From the NCBI GenBank assembly GCA_029233965.1, contig JARGOP010000012.1, positions 30,779 to 94,778 of the forward strand: DNA of 64,000 nucleotides. Direction: 5' to 3'. Within the stretch, counting starts at the first letter, position 1. The number at the start of each line of letters is the position of its first letter. Shown piece by piece: positions 53,005 through 63,400 of this stretch. The notes below the pieces were generated by a model that was given only the letters and a program-made list of their open reading frames with translations, was not told the origin of the DNA and searched no databases. The DNA is from Verrucomicrobiales bacterium. Its GTDB lineage: Bacteria; Verrucomicrobiota; Verrucomicrobiia; Verrucomicrobiales; DEV007. The position numbers and the translations under genes are program-made.

Positions 53005-54897
53005 CTAATTCCCTTCGAACTGGAGCTGGTAGAGTCGCTGATATTCCGGGCACCGCTCGAGAAGGACGGCATGCGGGGCTTTATCGAGAACCTTTCCATC
53101 GCTCATGACAACGATTTCATCCGAATCGAGAACTGTGGAAAGGCGATGGGCAATGGCGATCACGGTTTTGCCTTTCGAAAGTTCGCTGATGGCATCCTGA
53201 ATCGCCCGTTCCGATTCCGAATCGAGCGCGGAAGTGGCTTCGTCGAGGAAGAGAATCGGTGCATCGCGCAGGATCGCCCGGGCAATGGAAAGGCGCTGTT
53301 GTTGTCCTCCGGAAAGGGTGCAGCCCTTGTCGCCGAGCATGGTGTCGTAGCCGTGTTCCTGTTCGGTGATGAACTCGTGGGCATGCGCCATTTCGGCGGC
53401 GCGGATGACCTGTTCCTTCGTTGCCTCGAGGTAGCCGTAGCGGATGTTGTTCAAGATGGTGTCGTGAAAGAGGAAAGTGTCCTGACTCACGAGGCCGATT
53501 TGATCCCGGAGTGACTGCTGGGTGTAATCACGGATGTCAACGCCGTCGATCCGGATCGAGCCCTTTCCGGGATCGTAGAACCGGAGAATCAGCGAGAGAA
53601 TCGTCGATTTTCCGGAGCCGCTCTGGCCGACGAGGGCGTAGCGTTTGCCTTGTTCAAAATCGAGAGAGACACCGTTGAGGGCAGGCTTGTCCTTAACGTA
53701 GGAGAACTCGACGTCGCGCAGGGCGATGTTACCTTTGCAGTCCGTGAGCTCCCCGGCGCCGACTTTGTCTTTCACGTCCGGCTCCGCGTCGATGTAGGCA
53801 AAGACTTTGAGCGCGGCGACGAAACACTTTTGCACCTGAATCTGGATGCGGCTGAGAGCTTTGGCATGGGGATACAGGCTGATCAAACCGAGGTTGATCG
53901 TCGTGAAAGTGGCGGTGCTGATGTCGCTTGTCCAGGCATAGAGCATGCCCAGAGAGACTCCGAGAGCGGCGACGATTTCGACCATCGGGGTGGAGATTTC
54001 CATCGCTTTGCGCCAGCGCATAATGAATTGGATGATCTTTCCGTTCCCGTCGTTAAATCGTTTGCGCTGATATTCTTCGCGACTGTGGGCCTTCACGAGG
54101 CGCACTCCGCTGAAGCTCTCGTGCAGGGTGACCATGAGTCCCTCTGATTCCTCCTCCTCTTTTCCGCCGGCTTTGCGAACCTTCCGACTGATTAACGCGA
54201 CCGGAAGAATGCAGAGCGGAAAGACGGTGATGGCCGCGAGGGTGTAGAGCGGATCGAGAATGAGGGCTGTGACAATGATCGCGACAATAGCGATCGGATA
54301 CTGAATCAGCGCACTCAGGAGCTGCGAACCGGCATCGGCAGTGGTCCGGGTCTGATTGGCGACCGTTTGAATCAGCTCCCCCTGCTTGACGTGATTGAAA
54401 AAGCTCAGGGATTGCGACATCAGGCTGGTGAATGATTCATCACGAAGGCGATAGAGCACCTTCATGTTGATCCAGAGCATGCAGTAGGCGTGGAGATAGT
54501 GGAAGAGTCCGCGCAGCAGCATGATGCAAGGCAGGCTGAGGCCGACGATGAGAGCAAAGATCCACTCTTTTCCTTCGACAAAAGCCGGCGGCCGGATTTC
54601 GAAATCCTGAAATACAGGGAGGTCCGCAAAAGGGTAATAGACCTCCTTCATCGGCTGCCCGTCTGCCGCTGGAATAATGATGTCGAAGACGATCTGAAGT
54701 AAGAGAAGGAACGCGCCGTTCACGAGACCGGCGAGAACTCCGAAAAGAATCCCCCAGGCGAGACGTGTGCGATAGGGCCTGAGGTAGGAAAGAAGACGAC
54801 GGAAGACTTTGCGACGATCCTCCGCGAGTTCGTCGGAGGAAGACTTCGCAATGTCGAGCGCGCGCGAAGGCGGCATCTGGTCGGAGGTTTCGGCCAT
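53005..54897 (-). CDS. msbA: ABC transporter permease/ATPase fusion, MsbA-like (lipid A/lipid exporter type)
   Basis: Six-TM ABC exporter domain, then Walker A GQSGSGKST, signature LSGGQQQRLSIARAIL and Walker B ILFLDEATSALD. The start is set at ATG 54897 (MAETSDQ). Confidence 0.85.
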   Translation of the reverse strand: MAETSDQMPPSRALDIAKSSSDELAEDRRKVFRRLLSYLRPYRTRLAWGILFGVLAGLVNGAFLLLLQIVFDIIIPAADGQPMKEVYYPFADLPVFQDFEIRPPAFVEGKEWIFALIVGLSLPCIMLLRGLFHYLHAYCMLWINMKVLYRLRDESFTSLMSQSLSFFNHVKQGELIQTVANQTRTTADAGSQLLSALIQYPIAIVAIIVTALILDPLYTLAAITVFPLCILPVALISRKVRKAGGKEEEESEGLMVTLHESFSGVRLVKAHSREEYQRKRFNDGNGKIIQFIMRWRKAMEISTPMVEIVAALGVSLGMLYAWTSDISTATFTTINLGLISLYPHAKALSRIQIQVQKCFVAALKVFAYIDAEPDVKDKVGAGELTDCKGNIALRDVEFSYVKDKPALNGVSLDFEQGKRYALVGQSGSGKSTILSLILRFYDPGKGSIRIDGVDIRDYTQQSLRDQIGLVSQDTFLFHDTILNNIRYGYLEATKEQVIRAAEMAHAHEFITEQEHGYDTMLGDKGCTLSGGQQQRLSIARAILRDAPILFLDEATSALDSESERAIQDAISELSKGKTVIAIAHRLSTVLDSDEIVVMSDGKVLDKAPHAVLLERCPEYQRLYQLQFEGN

Positions 54898-55034
54898 AGT
54901 AGGGAGGAGTGGACAGGTAAGGGATAAATATCTCTTTCGCAAGAGTTCAAGGGATATGCCGGGCGGGGGATTCCGGCTTTCCTAAGCGGCGAATTTGATG
55001 TAATCTCCAGCCTTTCACTCTCAGGAGCCCGTTC

Positions 55035-55595
55035 ATGTCAGAAGCGTCTCAGAAAACCGAAACCGGATGGTACTGTGTCCGGACCAAGCCCAAGAGTGAG
55101 CACCTCGCCGCCCGCCATTTGCAGAGGTTCGCAAATCTTGATGAGGTCTTCTGCCCCCGAATTCGATACGAGAAGTCGACACGCCGTGGCAAGGTATGGT
55201 TCGTCGAGGCTCTTTTTCCCGGCTATGTCTTTGCCCGCTTCGATCTCGTCGATGACTTGCGGGCTGTCAATGCCGCTTCCGGGGTGACGGGAGTGCTTAA
55301 GTTCGCGGATCAGTTCGCCTGCATTTCCGATGCGGAGATCGCGGAGATGCGCAAAGAATTCCCCGAGGAGGAAAATGAGATCAGGGTGATCGAGCCCAAG
55401 ATCGGGGAGGGTGATGAAGTGATCGTCACTGATGGTCCCATGAGTGGTTTGAATACGGTGGTGACGAAGATAATTGCCGGGCAGAGCCGGGTGCGCGTGC
55501 TGTTGGAGTGGCTCGGCCAGGAGCGCGAAGCGGAGGTCTCGCTTCGTTCCCTCACCAGACCGGGCGAGATCCGGGCGGAGATTCGGGGAGTCTGA
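55035..55595 (+). CDS. NusG-family paralog (RfaH/UpxY-like operon-specific antiterminator)
   Basis: NGN-domain start WYCVRTKPKSEHLAARHL and KOW-like GDEVIVTDGPMSGLNTVV. It is not in the secE-nusG-rplK context and sits at the head of the heptose genes. Confidence 0.75.
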   Translation: MSEASQKTETGWYCVRTKPKSEHLAARHLQRFANLDEVFCPRIRYEKSTRRGKVWFVEALFPGYVFARFDLVDDLRAVNAASGVTGVLKFADQFACISDAEIAEMRKEFPEEENEIRVIEPKIGEGDEVIVTDGPMSGLNTVVTKIIAGQSRVRVLLEWLGQEREAEVSLRSLTRPGEIRAEIRGV

Positions 55596-55660
55596 GTGAA
55601 ATTTGAGAGCGGAGGGATGGGTTGCATTCCGCGAGGGTCCAATTTAGCCTAGCGGCCATC

Positions 55661-56698
55661 ATGGAAGGAGAGTTCATCACGCCGGAGTCACTGCTCGAGA
55701 AGTTTTCGGAGCAGCATATTCTCGTGATTGGTGACGTCATGCTGGATTGGTTTATCTGGGGTAGCGTGGCCCGCATTTCCCCGGAAGCTCCCGTTCCTGT
55801 CGTCGAAGTGCAGCGTGAATCGCGATATCCCGGGGGAGCGGCCAATGTGGCGCGCAATATCACGCCGTTCGGCACGCGAATCGAACTGGCCGGCCTTTAC
55901 GGAACCGATCCGAACGGTGCGCTTCTCGCTCACACCCTCGGCGAGTGTGGAATCGGCACCGGTCTTTGTTTGCAGGACGAAGGAATGCAGACGATCACGA
56001 AAACCCGGGTTGTGGCACGACAGCAGCAGGTCGTCCGCATTGACCGGGAAAAGCGGCGCTCGATTTCGGCGGATCAGGTTGCGGCCTTGATGGAGAATCT
56101 TCAGCCGGTGCTTTCTGATCTCGATGGCATCATCATTGAGGACTATGGCAAGGGGCTCATCACGCCGGAGCTCGTTGACGCTCTCTTGAAGGCTGCTGAG
56201 CCGCACGGGCTTGTGATCACGGTCGATCCGAAACCGGGGAACCCGATTGAATGGCGGGGGGTCACGACGGTGAAGCCGAACCGCTCCGAGGCGTTTGCCT
56301 GTGCCGGGGTGGAGGACCTGAACCGGGACAGCGGCCTCGATCCGCTCGCTGATGAACCACTCCTTTCAGTGGGTCATGCGCTCTTGGAAAAGTGGGCCTG
56401 TCATCAGGTTCTTCTCACGCTCGGTGAGCAGGGGATGCTTGTCTTTTCCGGAGGGGAGGCACCGGTTCTGATGCCGGCAAAAGCGCGCGAGGTTTTCGAT
56501 GTTTCCGGAGCCGGTGATACGGCGATCGCACTTTTCACGCTCTGTCTTTGTGCGGGTCTTCCTGCTTCGAGGGCGGCCGCGATCGCGAATCTGGCGAGTA
56601 GCATCGTCGTCGGAAAGCTCGGCACGAGCCCGATCGAGAAAGCTGAGCTTCTTGAATCCATTCAGCGTGAATATCCGAACGGGATTCCGCTTTCCTGA
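55661..56698 (+). CDS. hldA: D-glycero-beta-D-manno-heptose-7-phosphate kinase (stand-alone HldE domain I, PfkB family)
   Basis: ILVIGDVMLDWFIWG...EAPVPVV N-terminus typical of RfaE domain I. PfkB motif FDVSGAGDTAIA. No adenylyltransferase domain. ATG 55661 is preferred over the TTG at 55622. Confidence 0.8.
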   Translation: MEGEFITPESLLEKFSEQHILVIGDVMLDWFIWGSVARISPEAPVPVVEVQRESRYPGGAANVARNITPFGTRIELAGLYGTDPNGALLAHTLGECGIGTGLCLQDEGMQTITKTRVVARQQQVVRIDREKRRSISADQVAALMENLQPVLSDLDGIIIEDYGKGLITPELVDALLKAAEPHGLVITVDPKPGNPIEWRGVTTVKPNRSEAFACAGVEDLNRDSGLDPLADEPLLSVGHALLEKWACHQVLLTLGEQGMLVFSGGEAPVLMPAKAREVFDVSGAGDTAIALFTLCLCAGLPASRAAAIANLASSIVVGKLGTSPIEKAELLESIQREYPNGIPLS

Positions 56699-56716
56699 TT
56701 TTTCATTTTCTTCCCT

Positions 56717-57319
56717 ATGTCCTCTTCATCCAAACTCATCCAAAAGACTATCGCCGAGCACACCGTGACGGTGGCGGCTTTTCAGGACTCCTGCTCCGGG
56801 GTGATCGAGCAAATGGCAGCGCAGTGCGTGAAGGCGCTCGAAGCCGGAAATAAGATCTGTTTTTTCGGAAACGGGGGAAGCGCGGCGGATGCCCAGCATT
56901 TTGCCGCCGAATTCGTGGTGCGTTTCACCCGGAACCGGAAGGGATTGCCTTCGCTTGCGTTTACGACAGACACTTCGGTGCTGACGGCCTGTGCCAATGA
57001 TTTCGGCTTTGAAGCGGTTTTTGCCCGTCAGGTCGAAGCACTCTGCACGCCGGGAGATATCGTTGTCGGGATTTCAACGTCGGGGAACAGCCCGAATGTC
57101 GTGAAAGGTCTCGAAATCGCGAAGGCTTCCGGGGTCACGACTTTTGCCTTCACCGGGGCAGGCGGCGGACGTTGCGGCGAGTTGGCGGATTTCCTTCTCG
57201 CGGTTCCCTCCGGGGTCACGGCACGCGTTCAGGAGTGTCACCTCATTGCGGGGCATCTCATTTGCGATCTTGGCGAGATTGCCTTTGGCGAAACCGTTTC
57301 CGCTATTTCCGCGAGTTGA
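56717..57319 (+). CDS. gmhA: D-sedoheptulose-7-phosphate isomerase
   Basis: SIS domain with FGNGGSAADAQHFAAEF and GISTSGNSPNV motifs. 200 aa. Confidence 0.9.
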   Translation: MSSSSKLIQKTIAEHTVTVAAFQDSCSGVIEQMAAQCVKALEAGNKICFFGNGGSAADAQHFAAEFVVRFTRNRKGLPSLAFTTDTSVLTACANDFGFEAVFARQVEALCTPGDIVVGISTSGNSPNVVKGLEIAKASGVTTFAFTGAGGGRCGELADFLLAVPSGVTARVQECHLIAGHLICDLGEIAFGETVSAISAS

Positions 57320-59063
57320 GCGCTTTCTCCACCGGAGAGAGGATTTGCTCAAGCTGAGCGAGGGCCGTTTCGGTCTTTTTGATCGCCGCCAGTTGCGGCT
57401 CGTATTTGGAACGATGCTCGCGGCAGACCTTCCGGAGAGGCTCAAACAGGTTCACGAAATCGGCGTAGAACTCCGAAGTCGCGTTCGCAAAGGCCTGCCG
57501 CTGGGTTTTCGCGACTTTTTCGCGATGTTCTTCGATCACGGCTGAGTAGAACGCACGGGTGCGTTTCACGGTATGCGCCCCGACCACCGTTCCGAGGGCG
57601 AGAAAAATCGCAGAGAGCCCGAAGGCAAGGGCATTCCACGGGGTGAGTTCGACCATGGAGAGAATCACTCCTCCAAGTGCGGCGAGGATTGCCGAGAAAA
57701 TGAAGCTCCAGATCGAGCGGCTCCGGCGGGCAAAAAGGCGCCCGAGTTCGTCTTTGAGATGAAGTTCGCGGAGTGCCTCCGCAGTTGCCTCTTCGACCCG
57801 TTCCTGAATTCTCGCATGCGAAGCGGTCCAGTCAGGACTGCCGTCCTCTCCGACACTGAGTTCGAGATTGAAGTGTTGCTGCATCTCTTCGGAAACCCGC
57901 TCCCAGAGATGCTGGACGTCTTCCATGACGGCATTGGAGCCGGCACCGACACTGCGTCGCACCGCTTTCATCGTCGTCGCAAAGATGAGCCCCTCGATCT
58001 CTTCGGCACTCTTGCGTTGCGGAAGAAGAGCGGAAGTGATTCGGAATTCCGAGTCGAGCAATGGTTCGGCCTGAAGTCCTGCTGCCATGAAGCTCTGGTC
58101 GAAGGCTTCAAAGAGTGGCTCGCATTTCTTCAGGGTTCTTTCCTGCTGAATCTTGCTGGCCGGTTCCAGTTCGCTGAGGAGTTCGTCATCGGCCCGGATG
58201 ATTTCCGAAGCAGCCCCGAGCTTTTCTTTGATTTCACCAAGAACGAAGCAGGCAGCGCGCCAGGCATGGATCAGCTTGACGAGCCGTGGTTCGGATGACT
58301 CGACGACTCCTGAGATGAAGCGCTCGAGGCCGGCGATCTGACTGTCTTCAGAAAGCTCTTTGTTTCCGGTTGCCGATGTCTTGGCAAGAAATGCCTGCTT
58401 TGCAGAAACGGCGAATGTCGGAAAATGCTGACCGAAGCGGTGATGGGCCGTTTTTTGCAGATGCTCAAGGATCGCCGCGACCTCCTCTTCAGTGCGAAGA
58501 TCACATTGCTGGAGGACGAAGATGACCTTCTTTTTCCACTGGTGGTGAATGCGGTCGAGAAAGTCCCAGGTGCTCGCCCCCCAGGGGTTCGTCACCGAAA
58601 AGACAAAGATCGCGAGATCGGCCATCGGCAGAAACTGCTCGGTGATGTGCTGATGTGCACTCTCGATGGAATTGGTGCCCGGAGTGTCGACGAGGTTGAA
58701 GTCCTTGAGAAATGAATTGGGGCGAAAGACCTCAACGATGTCGTCGGAAAAATCGAACTCGTGCGCTTCCTCGCCGTATTTGAAAAACGCGATCCGGTCT
58801 GTCGTGGGGATCACGTCGGCGTTGCAGAAGTCTTCTCCGAACAGTGCGTTGAGCAGGGTTGACTTCCCGGCATTCACTTCGCCGACGACGACAAAAAGAA
58901 AAGGGTCCTCAAGATTGGCGAGCAGATTCCTGAGCAGGGCAATGCGTGCCGGGTCGATGCCGCTGTCTTTGCCCAGCTCATTCAGTGATTGTATCGCATC
59001 ACTGAGCTTCTCCCGTGTCTGGAAGTAGTTTTTACCGAGTAGTTCTGTGGAAGTGTCAGCCAC
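57303..59063 (-). CDS. Bacterial dynamin-like GTPase with C-proximal membrane hairpin
   Basis: P-loop VVVGEVNAGKSTLLNALFG (58860..58883) and G3 LVDTPGT. Two adjacent hydrophobic helices, IWSFIFSAILAALGGVILSMVELTPWNALAFGLSAIFLALGTVVG (57561..57713). The remainder is helical. Confidence 0.8.
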   Translation of the reverse strand: MADTSTELLGKNYFQTREKLSDAIQSLNELGKDSGIDPARIALLRNLLANLEDPFLFVVVGEVNAGKSTLLNALFGEDFCNADVIPTTDRIAFFKYGEEAHEFDFSDDIVEVFRPNSFLKDFNLVDTPGTNSIESAHQHITEQFLPMADLAIFVFSVTNPWGASTWDFLDRIHHQWKKKVIFVLQQCDLRTEEEVAAILEHLQKTAHHRFGQHFPTFAVSAKQAFLAKTSATGNKELSEDSQIAGLERFISGVVESSEPRLVKLIHAWRAACFVLGEIKEKLGAASEIIRADDELLSELEPASKIQQERTLKKCEPLFEAFDQSFMAAGLQAEPLLDSEFRITSALLPQRKSAEEIEGLIFATTMKAVRRSVGAGSNAVMEDVQHLWERVSEEMQQHFNLELSVGEDGSPDWTASHARIQERVEEATAEALRELHLKDELGRLFARRSRSIWSFIFSAILAALGGVILSMVELTPWNALAFGLSAIFLALGTVVGAHTVKRTRAFYSAVIEEHREKVAKTQRQAFANATSEFYADFVNLFEPLRKVCREHRSKYEPQLAAIKKTETALAQLEQILSPVEKALNSRK

Positions 59064-59208
59064 GATTTTGGCAGGTCAATTTGGCGATTTGCGACATCTG
59101 AGTGGTGGAATCAGACCGTCGCACGCCCACCCCTGAATGAAGCGAATTATTTCACTTTGCCAAATTAAATATAACGGAGATCCTGATATTGCGTAACGCA
59201 TCCGCAAA

Positions 59209-59811
59209 TCAGTCCGGCCGGGTCATTTGAAAGCGGTCACGGGTCCGGCAGTAACCGGAGGGAACTTCCATTCTCCCGATGGGGGAAAAGGCATCAGGAT
59301 TGACGAGGAGGGAATCCGGGTCGAGCACCCCGGCCCGTGTGTGAATGCGGTCGATGAGTCCGATTACGAGACGGTTTTGACCGATTTCGAGGGTGGACCA
59401 TTCGCGGCACTCAAGGGCAACCGGGGCGATCGTGAGACGCGGCGGGGAAATGGCGACGCTGGGGGTGGTCTCAAGCTTTAGGAGAGCCACTTCACTGATT
59501 CCATGATCGAGTTCCTGTGAGGACTGGTTCATGACTTCCGCGGAGGCTTCGTCGACCAGATTGACGACGAATTCACCGGTTCGCCGGATATTTCGCGCGG
59601 TGTCTTTCGGAATGCCGGGTTCTTTGTCTCCGGGGGCAAAGCCGAGAATAGGAGGGCGGGTTCCGAAAACGTTAAAGAATGAGAAGGGTGCGGCGTTCAC
59701 GACCCCGTTTTCATCCTGAGTCGTGACCCAGGCGATCGGTCTCGGGGTGATGAGCCCGGCCAGAAGCTTGTAGGCGTAGCGCTTGTGCTCGCCGTTGAGA
59801 TCAAACTCCAT
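59209..59811 (-). CDS. Flavin reductase-like FMN-binding protein
   Basis: YKLLAGLITPRPIAWVTTQDENGVVNAAPFSFFNV is the hallmark of this family. The start is set at ATG 59811 (MEFDLNG). The ORF-track extension to 60027 overlaps the upstream gene. Confidence 0.8.
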   Translation of the reverse strand: MEFDLNGEHKRYAYKLLAGLITPRPIAWVTTQDENGVVNAAPFSFFNVFGTRPPILGFAPGDKEPGIPKDTARNIRRTGEFVVNLVDEASAEVMNQSSQELDHGISEVALLKLETTPSVAISPPRLTIAPVALECREWSTLEIGQNRLVIGLIDRIHTRAGVLDPDSLLVNPDAFSPIGRMEVPSGYCRTRDRFQMTRPD

Positions 59812-59840
59812 TTTGACTGTTTCGCGGAGAAACGCCGACC

Positions 59841-60245
59841 TTACTTGATCGAGTTCTTGGCGAGGGGCGGCACGATCAGAGAAGGCTCTTTGCGGTAGGT
59901 TTTCGTGAACTTTTTGCCCCATGCCCCGCTGCAATAGACAGGACGGTAGGTGATCGAAACGGCCTCGTAGGTCTCGAAATTTCCGCACTCCATTCTCTCC
60001 GTCACCGTGATGTCTTCCCGGCACCATTCGATGTTACCGATTACTTCCGGGCTGGGACGGCAGATGTCATGCTTGAGAGAGAACTGAGGGAAAAGCTTGC
60101 AGAAGCTCCGGTCTTTCCTCGGGTAGTGGCATTTCCACTTTGGAGCGATGTCACCGTATTGCTCAGCAGTGACGAAGGCGGGCAAAGCAAAAACGAGAGC
60201 AAGAAGGGCAGAAAGAAATTTCATAAGGTGTGGGAGATACCTCAC
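59841..60245 (-). CDS. Small secreted cysteine-containing protein, unknown function
   Basis: Signal peptide MKFLSALLALVFALPAFVTA (alternative ATG at 60224). Six Cys in a mature region of about 105 aa. Confidence 0.45.
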   Translation of the reverse strand: MRYLPHLMKFLSALLALVFALPAFVTAEQYGDIAPKWKCHYPRKDRSFCKLFPQFSLKHDICRPSPEVIGNIEWCREDITVTERMECGNFETYEAVSITYRPVYCSGAWGKKFTKTYRKEPSLIVPPLAKNSIK

Positions 60246-60436
60246 TCATAGTTGAAAGAAACGCCGGTGAATTCAAGTGGAATCTCAGGCGCGATGCGAT
60301 TCTTCATCGACGATCAAACAGGGTTGGATATCGACCATAACCCTTTCCCCCGGCGATTTACCCCCCGAAAAGTCGTTTCCCTGTTTGCGAATCGACCCGC
60401 GCCATGCAACGAGTGAGAAATTTAAGCTGGAACCCC

Positions 60437-63400
60437 ATGCCGCGAGACACTTCGATAAAGAAAATTCTTCTGATTGGATCGGGACCAATCGTCATTGGCC
60501 AAGGATGTGAATTCGACTACTCAGGGGTTCAGGCCTGTAAAGCTCTTCAGGAGGAAGGCTACACGGTTGTCCTCGTGAATTCGAATCCGGCGACAATCAT
60601 GACGGACCCTGAGTTCGCCTTCAGGACCTATGTTGAGCCCATTACCGCTGAAGTCGTTCAGAAGATCATCGAGAAGGAAAAACCGGATGCCCTTCTGCCG
60701 ACCCTGGGCGGTCAAACCGCGCTGAACACGGCGATGGAGCTTTTCAATTCGGGCTATCTCGATAAAGCCGGTGTCCGCATGATCGGAGCCAATGCCGAAG
60801 CGATCGAGAAAGGCGAGGACCGTCTTCTCTTCAAAGAGGCGATGACCAGGATCGGGCTCGACATGCCGATCTCCGGAGTCGCGCACACAATCGATGAAGG
60901 GTACAAGATCGCCGCCGAAATCGGCTCCTTCCCTCTTATCGTTCGACCTGCCTACACCTTGGGCGGAACGGGCGGCGGCATCGCTTACAACAAGGAGGAC
61001 TTCGACGTGATCGTGCGACGCGGCCTCGATCTTTCTCCGGTCACTGAGGTGCTCATTGAAGAATCGCTCCTCGGTTGGAAAGAGTACGAAATGGAAGTCA
61101 TGCGTGACCACGCGGACAACTGCGTCGTGATTTGTTCGATCGAAAACTTTGATCCGATGGGGGTTCACACCGGTGACTCGATCACGGTCGCTCCCGCCCA
61201 GACGCTGACGGATCGCGAGTATCAGCACATGCGTGACGCTTCCTTTGCGGTCATTCGCGAGATCGGCGTGGAAACCGGTGGATCGAATATTCAGTTTTCG
61301 ATCAACCCCGAGAATGGCCGCATGATCGTGATCGAGATGAACCCGCGTGTCTCGCGATCTTCCGCCCTCGCGTCCAAGGCGACCGGCTTCCCGATTGCAA
61401 AAATCGCCGCGAAGCTGGCAGTTGGGTACACCCTGGATGAAATTCCGAACGACATCACCCGTGAAACTCCGGCAAGTTTTGAGCCGACGATCGATTACTG
61501 CGTCGTCAAGATTCCGAGGTTTACCTTTGAAAAATTCCGCGACGCCGATGCTACCCTGACGACTCAGATGAAGAGTGTCGGCGAGGCGATGTCGATCGGA
61601 CGGACTTTTAAGGAGGCCCTGCAGAAGGCGCTCCGTTCTCTCGAAACCGGGCGATCCGGTCTCGGTAGCGACGGGAAAGATGGAAATCCCGACATCTCCT
61701 ACATTCGCGAGCGCCTCGCGACGCCGAATGCAGAACGCATTTTCTTTGTCCGGCTCGCCTTTGAGGCAGGCCTGACCCTGGAGCAGATTCACGACCTTTC
61801 GAAAATTGATCCCTGGTTCCTCAAGAATATAGAGGACCTTATCATCGCTGAAGGTGAACTCGGGACGGACCTCGATGCGATGGATTTTAAGCGGGCGAAG
61901 AAGCTCGGCTTTTCCGATGCTCAGCTCGCCTGCATCACAGGCACAAGTCATGACGAAGTCCGGGTGAAGCGGAAAGATGCGGGCGTCATTCCCACCTACC
62001 GCCTCGTCGACACCTGTGCCGCTGAGTTTGAGGCCTACACTCCGTATTACTACTCAACCTACGGGATAGAGAATGAGGCCCGTGAGAGTGACAAAAAGAA
62101 AGTCATGATTCTGGGTGGCGGTCCCAACCGGATCGGTCAGGGCATTGAGTTTGACTACTGTTGCGTTCATGCCGCTTTCGCTCTCAAGGAACTCGGATTC
62201 GAGAGCATCATGGTGAACAGCAACCCGGAGACGGTTTCCACCGACTACGACACCAGTGATAAACTCTACTTTGAGCCGCTCACGCTTGAGGATGTTCTGA
62301 ATATTTACGAGCAGGAAGAGTGCTGGGGAGCCATCGTGCAATTCGGGGGACAGACCCCGTTGAACCTCGCTGCCGACATGGAGCGTCATGGCTGCAATAT
62401 CATCGGCACATCCCCGACCAGTATTGAGCAGGCGGAAGACCGTAAGTTTTTCTCGGCGCTTCTCGACAAACTCGGTCTGAAGCAGGCACCTGCCGGGACC
62501 GCGGTCTCTTCTGACGAAGCCGTCGAGATCGCGGGCCGTATTGGCTACCCTGTCCTCGTGCGCCCTTCCTTCGTTCTCGGTGGCAGGGCCATGATGATCG
62601 TGTATCACGACGACGAACTGCGCGAATACATGCAGAATGCGGTCGATGTGAGCCCGGATCGTCCGGTTCTCGTGGACCGCTTTCTTGAAGATGCCACCGA
62701 GGTCGATGTCGATTGTATCTCCGACGGTGACACGACGGTGGTTGGTGCAATAATGGAGCACATTGAGGAAGCCGGTATTCACAGTGGCGACAGTGCCTGT
62801 GTGATTCCTTCCTTTTCGCTGACCGACTCAATGCGCGAGCAGATTTCGATCGCGGCGAAGGCTCTCGCGGTGGAGCTGGGAGTTCGCGGCCTCATGAATA
62901 TCCAGTTCGCGGTGAAGGACGAAGAGCTCTATGTTATCGAAGTGAACCCGCGTGCTTCTCGGACCGTTCCTTTCGTGTCGAAAGCGATCGGGGTTCCGCT
63001 CGCGAAACTCGCGGCGAAAGTGATGGCCGGTGAGAAACTGGTCGACCTCGGATTCACAGAACCGGTCTATCCGACTCACTATTCAGTCAAAGAGGCGGTT
63101 TTCCCGTTTTCCAAGTTCCCGGGCATTGATATCAGCCTCGGGCCTGAAATGAAATCCACGGGTGAAGTCATGGGAATTGATGCCGATCTCGGGATGGCTT
63201 ATGCGAAGGCACAAATGGCGGCTTCCTCACAGCTGCCTTCCGAGGGGAATATCTTCATCAGTGTAAAAGACCGCGATAAAGAGGAAGCCATCGGACTGGC
63301 GAAGGAGTTCAGCGACATGGGATTCACGATTTTCTCGACTTCGGGAACCGCGGAACGCTTTTCTGAAGCCGGAGTTCCCGTGCATCGTCTTCATAAACTT

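Noticed and set aside
57303-59063. Dynamin-like gene as part of an Eleos/LeoABC-type anti-phage system
   Set aside because: Only one DLP gene is present. No LeoB/C-like partner, no neighbouring defence genes and no mobile-element markers were found, and the flanks are housekeeping genes (gmhA, flavin reductase, carB).
60521-61951. 476-aa minus-strand ORF inside carB
   Set aside because: carB is unambiguous on the plus strand across this region, so the antisense ORF is a GC-driven shadow.
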